Below are positions 28,093 through 35,048 of a DNA stretch of 35,048 nt, piece by piece. The translations under genes and the position numbers were made by a program. The DNA comes from an uncultured Bacteroidota bacterium. GTDB lineage: Bacteria; Bacteroidota; Bacteroidia; Bacteroidales; P3. The notes under the pieces are model-generated. The model had not been told where the DNA came from. It saw only the letters and a list, made by a program, of their open reading frames with translations, and searched no databases. Where the stretch lies: NCBI GenBank assembly GCA_900546465.1, contig URCX01000001.1:1-35048 (forward strand), read 5' to 3'. The first letter of the stretch is position 1; each line of letters starts with the position of its first letter.

Positions 28093-30003
28093 CTACTTTG
28101 TTCCGTTCTCCATGCCGTAGAGGTGCATTATGCAGTTTTTGCAATCGAAAGAGAGGCGGTATTTGTGGGTTCGGTCGGTGAGGTAAAGGTCTTCTTTCTG
28201 CTCCTGTGTGAGTTTATTGCGACGAAGACAGAGATTGAGGTTATACCTTATGCAGTTGCGACTTCGCATAAGCTCCACTTCGCCTTTTCTGTGCGTAAGT
28301 TCGTATGCCGGTTCTATTTCCTCGACACCGTTGCGGCGGAAGAATGCTTCGGCAAGGCGGTTTGATATATTGCTCTTATAGTCTGCACGACGACATGTCA
28401 TGCTTTCGATACCCTCTTTTTTGATTGTCATCTCTTCGGTGCGGCGGTTATGGTGGCGGATATTCTCGGAGAGTTTCGCTATGCAATTTCTCCGCAAAGC
28501 GTTTATCTGTGCGGCAGAGAAGAAGCAGGCTTCCGGCAATTCGTATGAGAAATCGTTTAATCGGAAGTTCGTTCCGCCTGTTTTTGACAGCATGGCTTTT
28601 AATTTATCAAGGTAGTTGTCCGTATTGCGTGCCGTTTCCAAGGGAAAATCCATGCAGACAGTGGCACTTACGCCGTTTTCGGCTTCCATGCTGAGGCAAT
28701 TCGATTCCCTTTCTCCCTCTTTTACGACATGAATACGGGCTTTCACTTCTATCAAACGAGGCTTGCGAGAGTCGAGAACGGCTTGTTCAAAAACTCTATC
28801 GCGGTTTCTGTACAGACTCACGCCGGCTTTGATGTCGGTCAAAGGGCGATTGGGGTATATGATAAGACGGTTCGACTGTTTATTCTGCTTGTTCGCAGCC
28901 CGCAAAGACGCACTTTCCACACGGTTGACAAGAAAACCGCCCGATTTGTCGCCAATCCTGTACACCATTCCGTCGCCTGAGTGCAGCATTTCCGACGTTT
29001 CAATATACATTCGGTTTTTCTCCACCGCCGAAATCCTTCCCACATACGTGCCGAGGCTTTTGGTATTATTCAAATCGCAGGTCGGTTCGCTCTTTCCTTT
29101 GAGATTGAAGATTGTAAAGCCTCGATTGAAGCTGCGTGAGGGCGAAGGCGTGAAGTCGATTTGAGCCTTGCCGTATGACGAACGGCAGTATTGCGGGTGC
29201 ATTCTGCAAAACTCATCCAACAAAAGACTGTAATAAGCAGTGATATTCTTTACGTAAACAATATCTTTCAGCCGTCCCTCTATCTTGAAACTAACAGCTC
29301 CGCCTTTCAAAACGAGTTCCTCAAGAAGCGAAGAGGCGTTGAGGTCTTTCATATTCAAGAGTGGAGCATTGCGGACGAGACATTTGCCATCGGATTGGAA
29401 GAGCGAGTAATCGCTTCTGCAAGCCTGACAGCAGTTTCCGCGGTTTGCACTCCTGCCTGTGAGGTATTCGCTCATGTAACACTGCCCGCTGAACGAACAG
29501 CACAAAGCTCCGTGAATGAAAACCTCCAATTCCATATCGGGAAATGTGCGATGTATATCCGCTATTTCCTCCATTGAAAGTTCCCGTGCAAGGACTGCTC
29601 GGCGGAAACCTATCTCTCTCAATATGCGAATCTTCTCTTTGGAAGAACAATCCGCCTGCGTAGAGGCATGGAGAGGTAGTTTTATGTCATTTAATTCCAG
29701 CATTGCGGCGTCCTGAACGATGAGAGCATCAACTCCCACTTCGGCAAGAGTGTGCAAAGCCCTCCTTGCGTCCTCCAATTCTTCGTCATAGAGGATTGTA
29801 TTCATGGTTACATAAACCTTTACGCCGAAAAGATGTGCATATTCCACCGCTTGGCAAATATCCTCCGCCGTATTGCCTGCCGACACCCTTGCCCCGAAGC
29901 GTTCAAAGCCCATATATATTGCATCAGCTCCTGCATCGATGGCTGCAATGGCTGTTTCAAGATTGCGAGCCGGCGAAAGTAATTCCAATTTCTTTTGTTT
30001 CAT
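28093..30003 (-). CDS. U32-family peptidase-like protein with long C-terminal extension
   Basis: MKQKKLELLSPARNLETAIAAIDAGADAIYMG...VYVTMNTILYDEEL...IVQD is a typical U32 N-terminal barrel. A Cys-rich segment follows (HGALCCSFSGQCYMS...RSANRGNCCQACR). 636 aa. Confidence 0.85.
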   Translation of the reverse strand: MKQKKLELLSPARNLETAIAAIDAGADAIYMGFERFGARVSAGNTAEDICQAVEYAHLFGVKVYVTMNTILYDEELEDARRALHTLAEVGVDALIVQDAAMLELNDIKLPLHASTQADCSSKEKIRILREIGFRRAVLARELSMEEIADIHRTFPDMELEVFIHGALCCSFSGQCYMSEYLTGRSANRGNCCQACRSDYSLFQSDGKCLVRNAPLLNMKDLNASSLLEELVLKGGAVSFKIEGRLKDIVYVKNITAYYSLLLDEFCRMHPQYCRSSYGKAQIDFTPSPSRSFNRGFTIFNLKGKSEPTCDLNNTKSLGTYVGRISAVEKNRMYIETSEMLHSGDGMVYRIGDKSGGFLVNRVESASLRAANKQNKQSNRLIIYPNRPLTDIKAGVSLYRNRDRVFEQAVLDSRKPRLIEVKARIHVVKEGERESNCLSMEAENGVSATVCMDFPLETARNTDNYLDKLKAMLSKTGGTNFRLNDFSYELPEACFFSAAQINALRRNCIAKLSENIRHHNRRTEEMTIKKEGIESMTCRRADYKSNISNRLAEAFFRRNGVEEIEPAYELTHRKGEVELMRSRNCIRYNLNLCLRRNKLTQEQKEDLYLTDRTHKYRLSFDCKNCIMHLYGMENGTK

Positions 30004-30079
30004 CGATTTCAGAGAGCTGTTCTATAATTTCTTTTTTTGTGTTCGGTGCTTTGGAAGGGCGTTTCGTTCTTGCCGCTAC

Positions 30080-31744
30080 TTAGGATAAAGACATTATTAT
30101 CAATACCTGAGCAGCTAAAACCCTGAGGAACATTGTCAGAGGATAGACCGTGGCGTATGCAATCGCAGGTTTGTCGCTTCCTGATTTCTCATTGATAAAG
30201 GCAAGTGCCGGAGGGTCGGTCGTGCAGCCTGCAAGAAATCCGCAAAGTGAAGGATAAGCTATATGGAATTTCTTCACGGCTATGCAACCTACTATTATGA
30301 GCGGCAAAAGAGTTATCACAAGTCCATAGACCGCCCAAATCCAACCTCCCGAAGCTATTGCGGAGAAGAAGTTCCTGCCTGCCGACAATCCGACCGAAGC
30401 AAGGAAGAGAGCAATACCGCATTCCCTTAACATCATGTTGGCGGAAGTGGTGGTATAGGTAACGATTTTGTAATACGGTCCGAAGCGTCCCATAAGTATT
30501 GCTATAATCAAAGGTCCTCCCGCAAGCCCCAATTTTACGCTTTGCGGCAAAAAGGGAAATGAAACGGGTATGGAACCGAATATCACGCCTATTGCAATGC
30601 CGAGGAATATAGGTATGAGGTTGGGAGCTTCCAATCGCTTCATCTGATTGCCCAAAAGCGAGGATACTTTTTCCACTTTCGATTGCTCCCCGACAAGAGT
30701 AACCCTGTCGCCTGTCTGCAATATCAAATCCTTTGCCGCAATCAAATCTATACCGTTGCGGTTTATTCTCGTTATGGTAACCTTGTAGAGACTGCGAATG
30801 TGCAAGGAACCTATCTTTTTGCCGTTTAATTCCGGTTTTGTAACCACTGCACGACGCGAAACAAGAGTATGGTCCGGTGTTTCCCAATCCTCTTCCCCCG
30901 TTTCGGCTTTTCTGCCGAGCAACATGACGACTGCCTCCTCGTTATCGGCGTGGGTTACAAGGCGGAGCGTATCTCCTGCCTGCAAAACGGTGTCATCATT
31001 AGCCGGTTCCACCTTTCCGTCCGCATGTCTGACCCTCGAAACCACCACGGCGGTCTTGAAGTTCTTCATTATATCGGAAAAACGTCTGCCCACCACGCCT
31101 TGATTTTCTATAAGCACGTGCAGTTTTTTCATGGTGGCGTTATGTTTCTCCGCCTCTTCTTTCTGCACCTGCGAAGATGGCTTCATCTTACAAAGAAACT
31201 TTATTATATATGGAGCAAAGATAATTCCCAACACTCCCAAGGGGTATGCCACAGCGTATGCCGTAGCCAAGAGGTCGCCCGACGAGGCATCTGTATCGGC
31301 AAGCGTTGCCTGTGCCGCTCCAAGCGAAGGAGTATTGGTTACGGCTCCCGAAAGTACACCCGTCATTGTGCTTAGGCTCTCTCCCGAAAGCAGATGTATC
31401 ACGTATGTAACTATACAAGAAAGGACTATTGCGGAACTTGCGAGTAAATTAAGTTTAAGCCCCCCTTTCCGAAGCGAAGAAAAGAAACCCGGACCGAGCT
31501 GCAAACCTATGGAATAGACGAACAAAATCAAACCGAAGTCCTTTACAAAAGTGGCAATACCCGCTTCGGGAACCAAACCGAAGTGTCCGAGGATTATTCC
31601 GACAAATAAAATCCATGTGATACCGAGACTTATGCCGAAAATCTTCAATCTGCCGAGCATTATGCCCGCAGCAATGGTGAAAGACAGCAACAAAACGGAA
31701 GAAGCTACGGAATTACCCGTAATCAATTCATAAAACCAATCCAT
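30080..31744 (-). CDS. YidE/YbjL-type putative transporter (aspartate:alanine exchanger, AAE family) with two RCK_C/TrkA_C domains
   Basis: Two homologous multi-TM halves (MDWFYELITGNSVASSVLLL..., and the second half LIPIFLGIAIGVIFG...). They are separated by two soluble TrkA_C-like segments (VVGRRFSDI...LQAGDTLRLV and LNGKKIGSL...LQTGDRVTLVG). Confidence 0.85.
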   Translation of the reverse strand: MDWFYELITGNSVASSVLLLSFTIAAGIMLGRLKIFGISLGITWILFVGIILGHFGLVPEAGIATFVKDFGLILFVYSIGLQLGPGFFSSLRKGGLKLNLLASSAIVLSCIVTYVIHLLSGESLSTMTGVLSGAVTNTPSLGAAQATLADTDASSGDLLATAYAVAYPLGVLGIIFAPYIIKFLCKMKPSSQVQKEEAEKHNATMKKLHVLIENQGVVGRRFSDIMKNFKTAVVVSRVRHADGKVEPANDDTVLQAGDTLRLVTHADNEEAVVMLLGRKAETGEEDWETPDHTLVSRRAVVTKPELNGKKIGSLHIRSLYKVTITRINRNGIDLIAAKDLILQTGDRVTLVGEQSKVEKVSSLLGNQMKRLEAPNLIPIFLGIAIGVIFGSIPVSFPFLPQSVKLGLAGGPLIIAILMGRFGPYYKIVTYTTTSANMMLRECGIALFLASVGLSAGRNFFSAIASGGWIWAVYGLVITLLPLIIVGCIAVKKFHIAYPSLCGFLAGCTTDPPALAFINEKSGSDKPAIAYATVYPLTMFLRVLAAQVLIIMSLS

Positions 31745-31919
31745 AAACCGAATATTTCAAGTTTCAAACCTGTGTTACAAATATTTTATTGTACAATCGG
31801 GGATAAAGGAATGGCGAAAGAAATAAACACCAAACTAACTTCGAATGAGACCAAATATCGAAATAAATACACCTTTAACCATATCCTTATCTCCCGAAAG
31901 ATACAATCTTAAACTTCAA

Positions 31920-32060
31920 CGGCAGGTCTTCTGACTTGTATCCCGAAAAAACCTCCTTCCCATTCAAACGAACAGTGGATAACGGCATTCGGTATATTCG
32001 ATACTTACAGCTACGGGTTTAGTTCCTGATTTGCACAGGATTCCCTTTTAATTTGCCAAC
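31920..32060 (-). promoter_or_regulatory. cobalamin (B12) riboswitch aptamer
   Basis: The minus strand reads uuggcaaauuAAAAGGGAAUCCUGUGCAAAUCAGGAACUAAACCCGUAGCUGUAAG...AUCCACUG...GGGAAGG...AGUCAGAAGACCUGCCg. It carries the conserved AAxAGGGAA / GUGxAAAUC / CCCGxxGCUGUAAG core, the CCACUG and GGGAAG elements, and a B12 box (AGUCAGAAGACCUGCC). These closely parallel the E. coli btuB leader. The termini uggca and ugccg can close P1. Confidence 0.85.
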
Positions 32061-32085
32061 AGGCAAAACCGTTTGTTTGCGACTG

Positions 32086-32093
32086 CAAAGGTA
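32086..32093 (-). promoter_or_regulatory. Bacteroidota -7 box TAccTTTG driving the riboswitch leader
   Basis: The minus strand reads attTAccTTTGcagtcg about 25 nt upstream of the aptamer 5' end and 54 nt past the pdxJ stop. Confidence 0.45.
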
Positions 32094-32146
32094 ATACTTA
32101 TTTCCCAACTGACAAAATATATTTGAAAAAAAGCAAGTATGCAGCT

Positions 32147-32857
32147 CTAAATCAGCAATCTTTTATACATCTGTATTGTGTTCTCCAAGCCGAAATAAAG
32201 AGCGTCGCTTATCAAAGCATGACCTATCGACACTTCTTCCAAATTGGGAATCATTTGATGGAAATATTGCAGATTTTCAAGGCTTAAATCGTGTCCCGCA
32301 TTCAATTCCAAACCACATTCCGCCGACTTTCGAGCAGCCATGACGAACTTTTCTATCGCCTTTTCCCTGTTCTGCTTATAGTTTGCGGCATAACTCTCCG
32401 TATAAAGCTCCACTCTGTCGGCACCGCAACGCTTTGCACCCTCCACCATGGAGCAATCCGCCTCCACAAAGACCGAAACCCTGCATACTTTCTTCAATCT
32501 GCCCACAATATCCCTCAATTCCACTTCCCTTTTTACCGTATCCCAACCTGCATTCGAGGTAAGCACATCCGGAGCATCGGGAACAAGAGTTACCTGAGCC
32601 GGTTTTATCTCCTCGATCAAAGACATAAACCTCTCCGAAGGATAACCCTCGATATTAAACTCCTCTGTCAGCACAGGCTTCAACTCTCTCACATCGCTAT
32701 ACCTTATATGCCTTTCATCGGGGCGGGGGTGTACCGTTATCCCTTCAGCACCAAACCTCTCGCAATCCAAAGCAAACTTGATTACATCGGGAACATTTCC
32801 CCCGCGTGCATTCCTTATCGTTGCCACTTTGTTGATGTTAACACTCAATCTTGTCAT
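32147..32857 (-). CDS. pdxJ: pyridoxine 5'-phosphate synthase
   Basis: [40 protein letters not shown] and [13 protein letters not shown] are canonical PdxJ motifs. Confidence 0.95.
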   Translation of the reverse strand: MTRLSVNINKVATIRNARGGNVPDVIKFALDCERFGAEGITVHPRPDERHIRYSDVRELKPVLTEEFNIEGYPSERFMSLIEEIKPAQVTLVPDAPDVLTSNAGWDTVKREVELRDIVGRLKKVCRVSVFVEADCSMVEGAKRCGADRVELYTESYAANYKQNREKAIEKFVMAARKSAECGLELNAGHDLSLENLQYFHQMIPNLEEVSIGHALISDALYFGLENTIQMYKRLLI

Positions 32858-32903
32858 TTCTCTTTACGTTCATTATACTTGAAGCAAACAACGCTTCACG
32901 CTG

Positions 32904-32911
32904 CAAAATTA
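32904..32911 (-). promoter_or_regulatory. Bacteroidota -7 box TAatTTTG (pdxJ)
   Basis: The minus strand reads ttgTAatTTTGcagcg about 47 nt upstream of the pdxJ ATG. Confidence 0.4.
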
Positions 32912-33076
32912 CAACCAAAATTCAAACCCGCAAAACCAAAATCCCTTTATTCCCGACAAGAAAAACCAAGTAAAAACACCCTCTTTGCAAGCAGTTGAAT
33001 ATCAAAGCAAAATAATGCGATGAAAAGCCTGTGAAACGTATCTCCCTTTCAGTGAAACGAAACAGCAAAAGAAATC

Positions 33077-33117
33077 AGCGAATTACCGTTTCTATGAAAG
33101 GAAAACGGTAATTCGCT
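33077..33117 (-). terminator. hairpin terminator after the T9SS cargo gene
   Basis: agcgaattaccgttt-(11 nt)-aaacggtaattcgct is a 15-bp perfect stem. It lies 58 nt past the stop at 33175 and is flanked by A/T runs on both sides. Confidence 0.6.
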
Positions 33118-33174
33118 TTTATCTCCATCGGAAGCTATGAATTTCTAAGGTATTCTGAGCGGAATTGTCTGTCT

Positions 33175-34254
33175 TTACCTGATGACGAACTTTCGCATGG
33201 TGGAACCTCTGTCGGTACGTACTTTGATGAAATAAACAGCTGACGGACGCTTTGCAAGGCTTATGCGAATGTTCTTGGCATTCACTTCTCTTTCCTCCAC
33301 CAATCTGTTCATGGCATCGAAGATTGCAATATTCAGAATATTATAATCCGACGCCACATTCAGCACATCACTCGCCGGATTAGGATACACACGCACACTT
33401 TCCTCGCTTAGTACATTTACGCCCAAAGCACTGCTTGCAGTATCGGTAATCGTGCTGTCTCCTTGCGGAACACTGTCTTCCAAAACCCTTATCGGAAATA
33501 TCGCAAGAGGAGCATAAACGTTTGTATCACAATTTGATCGATTGTATTTTGCCACAAGATCGTATCCGGCGTTGCTCCAATCAACCTCATCAACCGACAT
33601 CCAAACTCCCCTGTTATAACAGAAAGCGACATAGGGCTTATATTTCGTTCCGACTTCGCATGGAACATGCTCAGTTCCGGAACCCCAATACTCTTTCTTG
33701 TAAAAAAACATTGCGAAACTGCGATTGTTAGGATAGTTTCCAAGAGTACATGGAACAGATAACAAATCGAAAAACACCATATAATCATCATATACTGTTA
33801 TAGTGTCATCAAACATAAATTCATAGTGCCGGGCGTACATTTCCGGTATGCCCGGATTGACTATAAAGGTCTTCTGTGATAATACAGACATGGAAGTATT
33901 CATTATTCCGACAATCAGAGTATCCGGAATATTATCATTGTATGGTTTTGCAAGAATTGAGATGCCGGATATTTTCACACTGTCATTTCTGACTTCATAT
34001 CTTTGAGCTACTTTTTTTACCCTATACAATTCATCTGCAAAATTGCTCGTGCAATCAAGAATACTGTGTGCAATTACGTCAGTATAATGGAGTCCTAAAT
34101 TTTGCTCATAAGTTGAGTCAATCAATGGAGGATGAATGTATTGTTCAATATGCTCCGACCCAATTCCGGCTGTATCTATCTGAGCCTTCATTACGAACGG
34201 ACAAATCAAGGCAGCAATCAATATCAAGTCTTGTAAATTCAATGCTTTTTTCAT
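33175..34254 (-). CDS. secreted protein of unknown function with T9SS C-terminal sorting domain
   Basis: The signal peptide MKKALNLQDLILIAALICPFVMKAQ starts at the ATG at 34252-34254. The track start at 34290 adds 12 non-signal residues. The C-terminal VRVYPNPASDVLNVAS...AVYFIKVRTDRGSTMRKFVIR matches the Por_Secre_tail pattern. The roughly 270-aa N-terminal domain is not recognised. Confidence 0.7.
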   Translation of the reverse strand: MKKALNLQDLILIAALICPFVMKAQIDTAGIGSEHIEQYIHPPLIDSTYEQNLGLHYTDVIAHSILDCTSNFADELYRVKKVAQRYEVRNDSVKISGISILAKPYNDNIPDTLIVGIMNTSMSVLSQKTFIVNPGIPEMYARHYEFMFDDTITVYDDYMVFFDLLSVPCTLGNYPNNRSFAMFFYKKEYWGSGTEHVPCEVGTKYKPYVAFCYNRGVWMSVDEVDWSNAGYDLVAKYNRSNCDTNVYAPLAIFPIRVLEDSVPQGDSTITDTASSALGVNVLSEESVRVYPNPASDVLNVASDYNILNIAIFDAMNRLVEEREVNAKNIRISLAKRPSAVYFIKVRTDRGSTMRKFVIR

Positions 34255-34919
34255 TTCTGTTATTTTTTTATTGGTTTCTAATTCTGACATTCGATACTTA
34301 TTTGCATGGGATTATTCCCTGCATTATTTCCATTCCACTGACAAGGGATTGTCGTGATGACGGGCAAAAGTGGAAAATATGAAGAAACATTTCCTTGTGC
34401 CGTCGCATCTATCTTTATGGTTTCATATTTATCACAACTGTACTGATCGTTATTTACTTTTTTGAGTTTTCCCTACGTTTGGGCTTTGATTTAAGAGGTT
34501 CACACATAGGGAGGGGCGAACCTCTCTAAGAAATGAAGCGGTTCGTGCCTATGTGATGGATTGTGAAGCAAAAAGTATCCATGGCAAAACTCATTTTGGA
34601 TTGGGCAAATATACGAATAATCCTCTTATCTGCAAGCATATATAGGTGTATTTTTGTAGGCAAAACCTTTGTTCGTGTTTGAATTGTTTCGTTTTGGTTC
34701 TTATCGACTTTTTATGCAGCCTGATAAACAGTTATTTGCGAAGAGTAAAAAGCTAACGCCTCTTTATAGATTTTGAAACGCCGTTTTATGAAATTAAAAG
34801 ACCGAAAGAAAAATTTCAAATGGCGTTTTGTCGGAGGTGGTTTTGCTGCAAGTAAAAAGCAAGTGTGCTTCGATGCTTTGAAAAACCTTGGGCGGGCTTG
34901 CGGGAAAGGTTTTTTTTAG

Positions 34920-34927
34920 TAACTTTG
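34920..34927 (+). promoter_or_regulatory. Bacteroidota -7 box TAacTTTG
   Basis: tttagTAacTTTGcagcc lies about 98 nt upstream of the ATG at 35026. Confidence 0.4.
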
Positions 34928-35025
34928 CAGCCGAAAAAGAGTAAAACAGGAGAGGTGTTACAGGAGTTAATATCTCCTGACAGACATACGAAATAAAAAT
35001 AATAACAAACAATAACTTACAGCAA

Positions 35026-35048
35026 ATGAAAATTTTATTGTTAGGAGG
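35026..35048 (+). CDS. 5' end of an unidentified gene (MKILLLGG...), truncated by the window edge
   Basis: An ATG at 35026 is followed by an open frame to the window end, with a -7 box upstream. It is too short to assign. Confidence 0.3.

Noticed and set aside
31775-31876. A 33-codon plus-strand ORF (MAKEINTKLTSNETKYRNKYTFNHILISRKIQS) and a 15-codon minus-strand uORF, both in the riboswitch-transporter spacer.
   Set aside because: No promoter or conservation evidence is available. The region is better explained as the riboswitch expression platform.
34494-34555. Two overlapping 8-bp inverted repeats (agaggttc with gaacctct, and cacatagg with cctatgtg) upstream of the T9SS cargo gene. They look like alternative RNA pairings.
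   Set aside because: The stems are short and I recognise no conserved riboswitch or sRNA motif. Stems of this size are expected by chance at appreciable frequency, and the strand and transcript context are unknown.
1-35048. Scan for CRISPR arrays, tRNA/rRNA/tmRNA genes, IS elements, integrases, and terminal inverted or direct repeats flanking the AT-rich segment.
   Set aside because: None found by eye. The AT-rich segment reaches the window edge, so only one boundary is visible and it shows no att-like duplication or recombinase gene.

Overview
The window is a two-part mosaic. No recognisable defence system, CRISPR array, tRNA, rRNA, transposase or integrase was seen.

Positions 1 to about 5130 are extremely AT-rich (hand counts of sampled 60-nt lines give about 20-25% GC). 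This part uses low-GC Gram-positive or Fusobacteria-style expression signals: GGAGG-type Shine-Dalgarno (SD) sites, one TTGCAA-17-TAAAAT promoter and AT-rich hairpin terminators. It encodes:
- a small ribbon-helix-helix regulator with a TGTGTACA operator array;
- a 7TM histidine-free pseudo-kinase translationally coupled to a HisKA_3 histidine kinase;
- a convergent LuxR/NarL-type response regulator;
- a membrane-anchored InlB B-repeat surface protein.

From about 5130 to the end, sampled lines count about 40-57% GC and the DNA looks like a Bacteroidota (Prevotella/Bacteroidales-like) chromosome. Evidence is TAnnTTTG -7 boxes, no SD sites and T9SS C-terminal sorting domains. Genes, in order: TrmH-family methyltransferase, rplI-rpsR-rpsF, secA, O-antigen-ligase-like and chain-length-determinant-like proteins, topA, gmd-fcl, M23/LysM peptidase, DUF4301, glmS, trpS, YebC-family protein, rsmI, BspA-like LRR T9SS protein, U32 peptidase, YidE/YbjL-type transporter, pdxJ and another T9SS cargo protein.

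Most noteworthy observations:
1. A clear cobalamin riboswitch on the minus strand (about 31920-32060) leads an atypical target, an AAE-family transporter and possibly the U32 gene.
2. The composition and signal switch falls inside CDS 4506..5423, at a purine-rich low-complexity linker. That is either an assembly chimera or an in-frame inter-phylum fusion.
3. The pseudo-kinase/kinase sensor pair.
4. A 700-nt ORF-poor segment after fcl that carries a promoter and broken reading frames.

Several ORF-track starts are GTG/TTG-extended and were trimmed to better supported ATG starts.
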